Positions 1-11,669 of a stretch of 64,000 nt of DNA are shown here, one piece after another. Under the pieces are notes generated by a model. The model saw nothing but the letters and a program-made list of their open reading frames with translations. It made no database searches and was not told where the DNA came from. This DNA comes from Squalus acanthias. Its lineage: Eukaryota. Every line of letters begins with the position of its first letter. Position 1 is the stretch's first letter. The stretch spans positions 128,962,001 to 129,026,000 of the forward strand of contig CM059432.1 of the NCBI GenBank assembly GCA_030390025.1, given 5' to 3'. A program made the translations under genes and the position numbers.

Positions 1-1
1 C

Positions 2-238
2 CTTGCATCATCTGTTCTTGCAAACATTTGCTGGGAGGTGCAAAACCTATCCATGGATGGCACTCGAAGACTACCATATGTGAACGGACTGGCAATCCAT
101 TGGAAGTTTTCAGCTGAGCAACAGGAAATGCCGTTGAGTTTTGTTCAGCAGAATATGTTACAACTCCAGGCCAGCTGGCAGTGTCGAAATCCCTTGTGGT
201 ATTCCTCACTGCTTCGTTTGTTGTACAAGTTCCAATAA
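2..238 (+). CDS. Possible terminal coding exon of an unidentified host gene (open from the window edge)
   Basis: Frame is open from the edge to TAA 236-238 (...RRLPYVNGLAIHWKFS...PLWYSSLLRLLYKFQ*). AATAAA occurs at 253 and 286. Not repeat-like. The in-register antisense frame is also open, so strand is uncertain. Confidence 0.3.
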   Translation, partial: LASSVLANICWEVQNLSMDGTRRLPYVNGLAIHWKFSAEQQEMPLSFVQQNMLQLQASWQCRNPLWYSSLLRLLYKFQ

Positions 239-486
239 CACATGGACTTTGCAATAAAGTTACAGCTATGCTAGATAACACTACCAATAAATTCAGTGGG
301 TAGGATTCGTGTGTGTACCTGCCCCTGAAATATTGACTGAAAAATGATCTTAAATAAACAAAAGTCATTTCTGTCTTTAACCAGCATTCTCAATCCTGAT
401 GACAATCAGTTATTTAACAGTACTAGCAAATGTATTCGTATTTTGGTTAAGCTTTCTAAAGTATTAGAATTTCAATCATCATTGAC

Positions 487-1146
487 TGTTCACAACCTCA
501 GCGTTCTGTTTGACCCCAAGCCGAGATTCTAACCCCATATCCTTTCCGTTACAAAGACTCCCTAACATCTGCCACCTCTGTCACTACCTCAGCCGACATG
601 CTGCTGAAACCCTCATCCATGCCTTTGTCACCTCCAGACTTGACTATTCCAAGCCCTTCCTGGCCAGCCTTCCAACCTTCACCCGCCGTAAACTTCAGCT
701 CATCCAAAACGCTGCTTTCTGTATCATATACCACATCAAGTTCCGCTCTCCCATACCACCCACCCATACAACTCAAGTTTAAGATTCTCATCCTTGTGTT
801 TATATCCCTCTATGGACTCACTCCACCATATCTCTGTAACCTCCGCCAGCCCTGCAACCCCCCCACCCCCCCTCCACCCCCTCGATCCCCGCCAAAAATT
901 GACCTCTTGCGCTTCCCCATCATTGGTGGTTATGCTCTGAGTCACCTAGGTCCCACTCTCTGGAATTCCCTCACTAGACCCCTCCACCTCCTACCCCTCC
1001 TTTAAGACCCTCCTTAAACCCCCCCCCTTTGAGGTCACCCCTCCTAATCTTTCCTTCCCTGGCTCTGCATCTGCTTTTTCCTTACGCCTCTGTGAAGTGC
1101 CCTGGGATGTTTTTCTATATTAAATATTTTATATGAATATATTGTT
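487..1146 (+). mobile_element. L2 LINE 3' fragment
   Basis: AETLIHAFVTSRLDY...LQLIQNAA and FKILILVF..L.GL.PPYL motifs, then a degenerate L2 3' tail; homologous to 56101-56975. Confidence 0.85.
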
Positions 1147-1473
1147 CTAGTTATCATTAAAAATAGGAACTCTGACAGACTCAAGTTGGTTAGTTTGTAA
1201 TTTCTAGTCTTTTTAAATTAAATATATAGCACCAAATTTCTGCTTTGTCAACTTTATTTGCTTTAACAAATGTATTGAATTTTATAATAATTTTAACATA
1301 AATAAACAGGGACTGTCTAGACACTTTAACAATAATTTGGTTCTACAATGTTCTAATTGGAGCATATAACAGTTTTATTTTTGCCAAAGTATATGTAATG
1401 TTGGCCATGGGGGAAGGTACCCAGAACACTAACAATTTAAGTTTTGCAATCAGGCTTTCCCTGAGGACAATTA

Positions 1474-2367
1474 GGGGGAGAAATTCAGTATCGCCCCATT
1501 TGGGGCGCAGTTATCGGCCGGGCGCAAAGATTAGCGCCTGGCGCTAATTATCGCCTCCGACTGCAAACTTGGCTTTTATCGTCCCTGGAGGTGATTGGAG
1601 TGCTAAATCAGGCGCTTCACAACTGTCATAAGGCGCAAAGGCCGAGGAGCGAGGCGCTACCTCAGAGCGCTGGCGAAGCTCATGTGATGTCAGTCAGCAA
1701 TGGAACACAGACACAATGGCACCGGCCAATTCTTAAAGGGGAGAGTTGATCTTGCTCTCCATCCACATCCTGCTCATTGCAGCCTTGAATCTCGGCCTGG
1801 AGAGACCTGTACATCAAATCTGCCAGAAAGAACAATGGAGAGACCCAGGGAAAGAGCTCAGAGTGCAGCCCCCACAGTCTCTTCTAAATCGATACAAGGA
1901 AGGGCAAATCAAACTGAACCTGCAAAGTGCTGCTCAGTACCCAAAATTCCTTCACACAGTGTTGAATCTCTCCAGAAGTCTCTCTCTCTCTCTCTCAGAA
2001 TGCGTGGTGCAAAAATGTCACCAACAAAAAAAGTCAGGAAGCGGTTGCCTTTAAATAGCGCTCCCCCAGTCCCTTCCAGACTGCAAAATGCTCCCCTCAA
2101 CCTGTCGTTGCTAGCGGCAGGCGGTAAGGCAGGGGGTGCCACTCAATGTCCGGTCCGGGGCGCTACCGGGGCGTTGCGCACTCGACTGACGTCACGATCT
2201 GCCGGCGCAGGAGATCATGGTGGTAGTGTTTAGCGCCGCCGCAAAATGTCTAGTTAATTTCGTGAGCGCCGCAAACATCGCCGCGCACGGGCGCTAGATG
2301 CTTTGCGCCCCATTAGCGCCCTCTTAAGGCACTAACGGGAGGCACAAACCAACTGAATTTTTCCCCC
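1474..2367 (+). mobile_element. Non-autonomous PIF/Harbinger-type element (MITE family A), copy 1
   Basis: TIRs GGGGGAGAAATTC / GAATTTTTCCCCC; 3-bp flanks TTA/TCA; six more copies in the window. Confidence 0.9.
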
Positions 2368-2914
2368 TCAGTCTTAGGAAAGGCGAGAAAGCTGCCCAAG
2401 GATGGTTTTTTTCCACATGCTGGTTCTGTCATAACCACAAATGTGACTTCTGAGTATCTGTGGAGATATCTGTGGGCAGGGCTTTCTTTTTTTCTTCTGG
2501 GTACCAATAGGAGATATACTTGCAATTTTCTAAAAGGATGAAAATGTACAGAAACGGCTAAAATGAATAAATGGCCCCTGTGAGTACCATTATCAAGGAA
2601 TTATTCCAGCCCAGTTCCGTTGGTCTATAAATGTTGTTCCAGCAGTTCCACATTTGTCCCTTTTCGATATCTACCTCCATTTTACATTGTTTTACTTCAG
2701 CTATGATGCATGTTTGCTTATCTCTTTAGACTTGGATACACCTATCATATGAAAAAGCTAGGGTTTTATATTTCATTATTTGTAAAAATACCATATACTT
2801 CAGAGTACTGCTAGCATAATAATAAGCCATGCCAAGTGCAGACTTCACATAAGCAAGTAAAATTTCCTATCACTCTTGCGTCCAATAGTAAATATTTCTT
2901 TTTATTTCTGTGTA

Positions 2915-3365
2915 CACTAGCCTAGTCGTTATGGTCCCGGACTACAAACCCAGAGTGTTCCAATCCCACCGAGGCAAGTTGTGAAACTGAATTTGAAAAT
3001 TCTGATAATTTGTGGGCCAGTCCCAGAAAATGACCATGAGAGCATCTGGATCGTTGTAAAAACCCAGCTCGTTCACAAATATCCTTCAGGGAAGGAGATT
3101 TACCACCCCTACCTAATCTGGCTTACATCTGACTCCAGTCCCACATCATGGGGTAATTTGAATCTATTCTGCCCAGCGGGACATTGACGGGCTCAGGCGA
3201 GGTGTGAAACGGGCAGTCGATCTGATTCCATCAGTTTCTCGTCGGATGGTTTAGGATAAAATGACCCCCTATGTGGTTGACTCTTAATGCCCTTAGGGCA
3301 ACTCAGGATGGGCAATAAACACAACCTTGCCAGTGTCACCCACATCTTAAGAACAAATCTAAAAA
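2915..3365 (+). mobile_element. tRNA-derived SINE, interrupted by a mini-MITE at about 3150-3269
   Basis: A/B-box-like head (TAGCCTAGTCG...GTTCCAATCCC). Tail GGGCAATAAA...CCACATC is shared with the CR1/L2-group LINE 3' end. Homologous to 26838-27220. The insert has GGGGTAATTT/AAAATGACCCCC ends. Confidence 0.7.
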
Positions 3366-3609
3366 ATGAACAGTGAGGTTATGGGACGGTGAATCTCCTC
3401 AAATTAATCTTCCAATTTGCCTGACCATGAACAGTTTGCTGAACTGAGAAACATTTTGGGAGAGGGGGGGTGAGATCAGTCAGAACTTTGTCCAAATTTG
3501 GATAATTTAGTCTTAGAGGTATCTGTCACTTTACGTAAATTATGGCATTGAAGTATCAATTTGGGATAAATTGTTGTGTTTTTGTTTATCCTCCCCATCT
3601 AGCAGCCAT

Positions 3610-6230
3610 CATAGGAACATAGGACCATATGAAAGTACAGGACTGCAAAATATTCTGCAGTCCATATGACCAATTCTATAAACTAATATTTCCTAATGAC
3701 CCCCTCCCTCAAATATACATATGAAAAAGACAGGAAATGTGCAGCTAGTCCATCAAGCCTCTCCTATCCTGCCAAAGTCTAATTTACATCAACCCCAATC
3801 CCCACCCCACAGTCGCGCAATCTCCTGGGTGAGGCTAAAACTGAAAGAACCTGTGGCCAATTCAGGAATAACCTGGAGAAAATTCCTCTCTCACTCCCAG
3901 AGGCAATCAAGCAAGCTCTAAGGGATCATGACTGGTGACACTAGCCTCCATTGACCCACCTACCTTCTATAGGTAGAGATGTTCACCATTTGCAGGAACT
4001 GGTCCATCACCCTTTTCAATGCTTGCAGCAAATCTGCACCCATTGCATATGCTGGCAACTTATACCAAAGATCGACGAAATTCTGCAAAAAGAAGTATCT
4101 AGCATCTAACCTAGTTCTATGTTCTTGTACCTTGTGTATTTGTTTCCTCGTCCTCTATAATCCAACTGGCTCCAATAGCCTATCCATGTGTACAGAATCT
4201 AATTCCTTCATTATTTGAAATATCTCAATCAAATCTCCTCAAAGTATATTTCTCCAAAGTAAAAAGCCCCAGGTCTTTAATTCTGTCCTGATAACTAGGA
4301 GCCTTTAAACAAGGTATCAATTCAGTGGCCTTCCTCTGAACCTTTTCCATGACCTTGATGTCCCCCATATGAAGGAACCAAACTGACCATGTACATCTGC
4401 AGCCATGTTCAAGATGTGGTCTAGCCAAGGTCTTGTACAATGTAAGGATAGTGCTTCTTGTTCTATACTTAATTGTCCAAGCAATACATCTGAACTTTTT
4501 CACCATAGTCTTGTGACATTGGTCATAGACCTTCACTGAATCATGCACTATAAACTCTGGTCTTCCTCCCACTCTGCAGCCTTGAGCGCACATCCCTGAA
4601 TGGTGCATACATGCTTGGAGTTCCCTCAACCCAAGGGCTTCATGCTATATTTGTCTACATTAAATGACACGGGCCCATTCCCCCATCACATCTAGAGCCA
4701 CCTGAAATGTATTTTGTTCATCTACGATTCTTACACCTGTACATATCGTTCACAAACTTGGGGATTGTTCCTCCGACACCTTCATCCAGATTGTTGATAA
4801 ACATGGTGAAGAGTAATGGCCCCAACAATGATTCCTGCAGGACTCCACTGGTGATCTAACCCCATGCACATCTGCTACCATTAATAACCAATTTCTGCGA
4901 CCAGTACCTTATCCAACCTAATATCTGCCCACTATTCTCACAAGATTCTACATTACTTAGTAACCTTTTGTGTAGTACTTTCTCAAAGGCTTTTTGAAAA
5001 TCTAGATAAACAATGTTGATTAGGCCGCCATCAGCAACCAAGGTGGGGCAGATTTAAGGTAATTGGCGAAAGATCTAGAGGCGAGATGAGGAGAATTTGT
5101 GTCCAAACATGCGAGTTGTTGTGATCTGGAATGCACTGCCTGAAAGGGTGGTGGAAGCAGATTCAATAATAACTTTCACAAGGGAATTTACTTGAAGGGG
5201 AAAACTTTGCAGGGCTATGTGGAAAGGGCAGGTGAGTGGGACTAATTGGGCAGCTCTTTCAAAGAGCCGGCACAGGCACGATGGGCCGAATGGGCTCCTT
5301 CTGTGCTGTATCATTCTATGATCCTATGATTCATGGCTTCCAGAAGCCATGCTGTGAGTCCATAATAACCCATTCTCTCTCAAGGTGATTGTACAGTGTG
5401 CAGTAGAAACTACCTATAGAAAGTAGGTGGGCTATTGGAGTCAATGGAAAAGAAAATCGAGCAAATTTTAAAATGGGCTGACGATTCGCTATTGCCCTTT
5501 TTGCACTATCGCCCCAAGACAAATTTCATCCCCTGTATCTCTAATGGTCTCTTCTAGCTACTTATTAATGGGCCTATAGTTTCCCGGTTCTGACTTATTG
5601 CCCTTTTGAAATATAGGCACCTCATGGGCCTCTCGTCAGTCCATGGAAGTAATCCCAAAACCTAGCAAGCAATTAAAATATATGAGCAAGTGGCTTGCAT
5701 AACACTGCCCCCATTTCCTTGAGTACCCTAGGTTGAACGCCTTTGGGGCCTCCAATTTTAAGAACTCTAATTCTGGCAAGGACTATATCCACTTTATCTA
5801 CTTTAACATGTTCAATTTTTTGCCAACCCTATCTTGTATTATTGGTAACCCAGCATCATCTTCAGCAGTGAAGACTGACGGAAAATGGCTATGTAAAACC
5901 TCTGCCATAGTCTGGAAGTCCACCCAAATCTGCCCTGTAGAGTTCCTCAATGGCCTCTTACAGTCCTTAGTGGTCTGTGAGTCCTAACATAGCTGAAAAA
6001 GACCTTCTTATCACTAACGCCCCCAGACATTATCCTCTTCTCCAGTGCTCAGAGAGCAGTTTTCATTGTCCTCAGCTGAGTCTGATACTTATCCCTATTG
6101 ACTTGTAAAAATATTTCTGCTTTAGTCCAACTTGTCCTTGGATATTACCAGTTAGCTAATTTGCTTTTGGTTTACCATGTGTCCTACTTTTGACCCTATG
6201 ATATCAACCCAATGCTCCCTTAATTATTTC
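3610..6230 (-). mobile_element. Old degenerate CR1 LINE (RT region and 3' UTR)
   Basis: ORF fragments VYLDFQKAFEKV, LYKTLARPHLEH, EKVQRKATELIP and SQHGF; interrupted by a younger CR1 tail. Confidence 0.75.
5041..5330 (+). mobile_element. CR1 3' end nested in the older CR1
   Basis: TGGAATGCACTGCCTGAAAGGGTGGTGG core and ATTCTATG-type tail. Confidence 0.8.
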
Positions 6231-6354
6231 CAATTATCTGCCTCCATTTTGACCACTTCTGTGTAAAGTAGTTAAATTTAAACGGCATTTTACCACTTCT
6301 AAGCTTGAACCCACTTCCCCCGTTTCTTGAGTTTGTGTCAATCTCAAACATATT

Positions 6355-7076
6355 GGGCCAGAAATTCGGTTCCCTGGCTTCCCGCGGGTGCAAGGATCGC
6401 GCACGCACCTACCTACCGCGCCTGCCGTTGACCTCTGGGCCCACGGGGACTTCGGCTCCTGGGCCTCCCCCAACTGCCGGCGCGCAGGGCTTGCGTATCC
6501 CAGGGGCGTAGTTAGTGCGATGCGTCCCCTGGGATCACGTGGGCCATGGAGAGCCAATGGCAGCAGACCATCTTTCATTCATAGATTTGACAGGAAGACC
6601 TGAATACAGATCGGCCCCAAAACATCCCTAAAACTACAAATATTTTTTTTTAAATCACATTTTTAAAATAACTATAAATTGCATTAATTAACTATTTTAA
6701 ACAAAAATTTAAATTTTTGAAAGAATTACTTACATTTTTTAACGGGGCTAAAACTAAACTTACCTTTCTTTAAAGTAATTAAAAAAGATAAATCTGTGAA
6801 AAAAATGTTTAAATTTTATTAAAATCAACACTTACCTTGTTAAAAGAAGGCCTTGCGCATCCTTTTTAAAAGTGTATCTTCTCCGTGCCTGTAAAAAAAT
6901 CCGAAGTGCGAGGCGAACGCGCTGGCCCTCCGGCGTGCGCGTTCGACCTCTGAACCCCTTTCCTCAGGGGAACGGAAGTGCCGGTTTCCCGCGCATGCAA
7001 GAAACTGGCACTTTCGTTCCATCCACGGGTGAGTACACAGTGCGTACTCACCCGACAACAGCCGAATTTCTGCCCC
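6355..7076. mobile_element. Harbinger-type MITE (family B)
   Basis: TIRs GGGCCAGAAATTCGG / CCGAATTTCTGCCCC; TSD ATT; GC-rich arms around an AT-rich core. Confidence 0.85.
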
Positions 7077-8089
7077 ATTGTTGTGGGGTTAATTTTGTCC
7101 GCTCCCTTAAGAATCTTGAATAATGTGTCAAACATTTGGGTGCCTTCCAGATTCATGGATTTCTGCTGGGTTTCAGCAGCCGGAAGGGAATGACTTTCTT
7201 CATTTCATTTTATTGGCTGATTGATCTGCACAATAATCCAGGTATACTACATATACTGCAGTCCTAGGGAATTTGGCAGTGTAAATCATAACTTACCAGT
7301 ATTATATTCATACAAAAACTCAACTGGAGCAGGTGTCTCAAACTAAGCATTGTGGCTGTGTAACAAAGACTGTTCAAGTTGATAGCTGGCACTTTGTTCC
7401 CACTCCCTGTATTTCCCTCCTTCTGTTGGAAAGGGTCGTGTCGAACTCCCACCTGCCACACGACCATACTGTAACCCCCACCCACTTTTCGGGGTCAGGG
7501 ACCATTACCTATGCAAGGCAGACTTCCAGTGGGATCCGTGCCACAAAGAGGGAGCCTACCACTGCCAAATGAGGAAATGCCAGGTGGTGCTGGAGCAGGA
7601 CACCGCACGGGAGAGAAGGCAACTTAAAGGGAGCAAAAGAGCCCTGAAGATTTTTAAAAATATTTAAGTAGGCTGCAAGTCCTTTAAAAAGAGGTAAGAG
7701 GTGGCCTCAATAGAGGGAGAGGAGCTCACTATAAAGCCCTCTGGCTCCAACGTTCTCCAGAGCAGGCCTACTGCTGCCGCCTCAGGATCCACTGCCACCC
7801 CTCTCCTGGAGGGCCCTGCAGTCAGCAGTAGCAATAGCAGAAAGGAGGGAAATCAGGCGGGTTACTAGGCATCGTTTCCCTGCCATCATTTACGTGGAGT
7901 GGCACGGTAAAGGATGGCCAGCAGCCTTCCCTCCTGGGGTGGAGTTGCGAGGAGAATTTTGGTTGGGACAGATTTTCATATCGGAAGAAAATCCAGCCCC
8001 TTATTTCCCGAGCAAGCGGTAACTTGATTTCATTGTTTTAGCAAGATCACTCCGATATGGACTTCCAGTATTTGGGGACTGATACCTAG

Positions 8090-9000
8090 AAAGACTTTAT
8101 TAGCAAATATGGTATTTACCACATATATGATCATCGTCTCTTATGTCAGGTATGACTCCAGCCACTGGAGGGACTTCTCCTTGACCCGCACTGACCTCAG
8201 ATTGCTAAGGTTCCTTGATGCCATACTCAGTCAAATGCTGCCATGATGTCGAGGGCAATTACTCCCACCTCTCCTCTGGCATTCAGCTCTGCCTCAATCA
8301 AGGCTATGATGAGGTTTGGAGCCAAGTGGTTCTGGTGGAACTCAAATTGAGCGACAGTGAGCATGTTATTGGTGAGTAGGTGCCATTCAATGGCACTGTT
8401 GATGACTCCTTCCATCACTTTACTGATGTTTGCGAGGAGGCTGATAGGGCAGTAAATGGCCTTGTTAGATTTGTCCTGCTTTTGTGGATAAGACATACTC
8501 GGGCAATTTTCCACATTGTTGGGTCGATGCAAGTGTCATAGCTGAACTGGGATAGCTTGGCTGGGGGAGCACAGCTAGTTCTTGTTCTCATAGGTCTTCA
8601 GCACTACAGCTAGATGCTGTCAGGGCCTATAGCCTTTGCTATGTCCAGTGTATTCAGCCACTTCTTAATATCACATAGAGTGAGCTGAATTGGCTGGACA
8701 CTGGCATCTATGAGGCGGGGCCCTTGGGAGGAAGTCGAATAGGATCTTCCATTTGGCACTGAATTAACTGACCTCAGCCAGCATGGTGATAGGACAGCTG
8801 CAACTGGTCTTTGCACTTATGGCCAAAGGAGGATGAAAATAGCCAGGATACCTGCTCATGATCACTAACCAATGACTTCTGCTGGACAGTGCATTTGCAG
8901 ATGTTGGGTGAAAACAGGTTCCAACTCAGCTGTGATGCCCCATGATGAAATATCATGCTGGCACTTACTGCCTGGGCTCATACATGGCCACTTTAATGAT
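8090..9000 (-). mobile_element. CR1/L2-group LINE RT fragment (second family)
   Basis: KAIGPDSI, PISLLANISKVMEG and ALDIMAAFD motifs; degenerate. Confidence 0.75.
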
Positions 9001-9158
9001 GTACTGGAAGATCCCTGGGGACCAAAGAACCTCATCCAACACACCTCTAGAAGAGGAGGAGAAAACTGAAAGGGAAAAAAGTTATGTTCATAGTAAAAAT
9101 ATTTAAGAAGTGAGGTATTGGTTGTAGTTTCACTAAATGGATTTACCCGACAGAGCTA

Positions 9159-9376
9159 GAGGGTAAATTTTGGAAAACTCAACAGTAGCTTGGATTGGGC
9201 ATAGTGCATCTGTTTTTCATCACTCCTGATTTTATAGCGATTAAAATGAATTACAGGAAAATTGGGCGTGCCACGCACCAGATGCACTGACCTCCAAGCC
9301 TGGCTCTATGATCCGTGCTCTCATTTAGCAAGGCTCCACACAGGGAGTGAAGCCTCATCTTGTAAAATTTACCCTT
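9159..9376. mobile_element. Short degenerate MITE
   Basis: Inverted ends AGGGTAAATTT / AAATTTACCCT. Confidence 0.5.
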
Positions 9377-10319
9377 ATATGTCTTTTTTTCATTACCCAA
9401 ATGGCCTTTTTTTTTGCCCTCTGCTGCTTATACCAACAGCAATAGCTTGTTGGATTTCTAACATCACAACTACCCAATCCTCGCTCGCTCTGTGGATTAG
9501 AAGAGTTTTCGGGACAAGCAAAAGCTTCAAGCTTGACAGATCCTGAACTGCTGTGTTTCATAATCAATTTACTATGGTGACATCAATCTTGTGATGCTTG
9601 TTCCTTTGTTTATCAGTCTGCCTTGGAACCGGAAACTACCATTGTAATATAATTTCACAGTAAATGCTATTGGCGGCACTCTGCTTCTAAACCAATGAAC
9701 CACCCCTCTCTGACAAATTGATTAAATACGCTAAAAATGAAAAGCCTTTGAATATTTGGACGGTAACCAACATAATTTTCAAAGCACCAGGAATTGATTT
9801 TGACACAGTGCGCCTTTAAGGATACTCACCGTCACAGTCTCTGGCAGTTTCTATGTTGGTCTGTACATAAAGAGAGGTAGAAATATTTCTACTGGAATGT
9901 GTATTCAAAAGAGTTTCACATGCTCTTCATGTGAAAAATGAAAAAAGATCAGGCTATTTTTGGAATGCAATAACTGGAGGTGCACGTTTTGCACTAAGGG
10001 CATCTTTTTGTGAAGTTCTTGATATTTCCATGAAGTCAGAAAGACCATTGTATTACGTAAAACCTACTCCTCACGCAGGCTGCTGCGTTGGAGGTTTTGG
10101 TTTTCAGTTTCCATGGTTTTCATTCTGGTCTCTTCAATATCAGTGTTGGTGCTCTTCCTTGTTGCCATGTTATGTAGGATGCAGCAAACAAGCAATATTT
10201 GTGTGGTGCCTACTGCAAGAAACCTCTCAAATTATTAAAGCAGTTAACGCTTTGTTGAGTGTGCTGAAAGTTTGCTTTTAAGGACATTTCACTGTCTGGT
10301 GTATTAACATAGGTATTTT

Positions 10320-10660
10320 TTTTTAATTCATTCACGGAATGTGGGCGTCGCTGGCAAGGCCAGCATTTATTGCCCATCCCTAATTGCCCTTGAGAAGGTG
10401 GTGGTGAGACGCCTTCTTGAACCGCTGCAGTCCACGTGGTGAAGGTACTCCCACAGTGCTGTTAGGGCGGGAGTTCCAGGATTTTGACCCTGTGACAATG
10501 GAAGAACGGCGATATATTTCCAAGTCAGGATGGTGTGTGACTTGGAGACCAACTTGGAGGTGGTGGTGTTCCATGTGCCTGCTGCCCTCGTCCTTCTAGG
10601 TGGTAGAGGTGCTGTTGAAGAAGCCTTGGCGAGTTGCTGCAGTGCATCTTGTAGATGGAT
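10320..10660 (-). mobile_element. 3' end of the second CR1/L2-group LINE family
   Basis: Closely matches the reverse complement of 55750-56100 (SKSWNS...GLQRFKKASHHHLLKGN). Confidence 0.85.
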
Positions 10661-11159
10661 TAACACCTTTGCTAAAATAGTGGGCAAAGGAATGTCATAA
10701 GAACGCCTTAAGTGTTCATCTGCTAAAATCACCAGCAGCAACATAATATCAGCAACAGTAACTTCTAGATTTACAAGAGGTACAGACTACATTGCCCATT
10801 AGGGTGGAGGTGGCAGAGGTGGTGGCCGAAGAACGGCTGGCATATGTTAATTGGAGACGTAGCATCTTCACATTATTACTCCAATTCATGGGGCTGGCTA
10901 TGAAATATAGGATACCTCAGGAACACCAGTGGGTCCACCACTCAATTACGTACTTACAGCCTAGTGCAATCTATAGTTGCCATTCAGTTGGGCAAGGTTG
11001 TAAAACATGGGTTCTCTGATCTGCAGACTGCAGATAGCATCAGTAGCATCTGCAGGGAAACCCTGCGGCACATAGGCATTGAACACAGTTAGATCATCTG
11101 TCAGGACTCTTGCCATTGATAATAACTGCCAATTCCCATGCCCGTGGAGATAGACTCCA

Positions 11160-11570
11160 GAGGATTACATAGGATATACGGCACAGAAACAGGCCATTTG
11201 GCCCAACCAGTCCATGCCAGTGTTTATGCTCCACTCGAGCCTCCTCCCGTCTTTCCTCATCTAAATCTATCAGCATAACCCTCCAATCCCTTCTCCCTCA
11301 TATGCTTGTTTAGCCTCCCCTTAAATGCATCTATACTATTTGCTTCAACCACTCCCTGTGGTAGCGAGTTCCACATTCTCACCACTCTTTGAGTAAAGAA
11401 GTTTCTTCTGAATTCCCTATTGGATTTCCTGGTGACTCTTATATTGATGGCCTCTAGTTATGCTCTTCCCCACAAGTGGAAACATTCTCTCTGTAACCAC
11501 TCTATCAAAATTTTTCATAATTTTAATGACCTCTATTAGGTCACCCCTCAGCTTTCTTTTTTCACCATTA
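11160..11570 (-). mobile_element. CR1 3' fragment
   Basis: LRGDLIEVIKIM...RMFPLVG...TRGH. Confidence 0.8.
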
Positions 11571-11669
11571 ATGAAGAATTCAGTGACCTTTTGGCAGTTC
11601 AACAGTCCATGTTTGAGATGATCAATGGCTGCTACAGTACATCCTGTAAACGTACTATAGTGTACATGA

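Noticed and set aside
1700..2233. 177-aa ORF and similar ORFs in the other family A copies as a multicopy protein gene
   Set aside because: Length and frame differ among copies (stops, indels in the CT tract), and all lie inside a TIR element.
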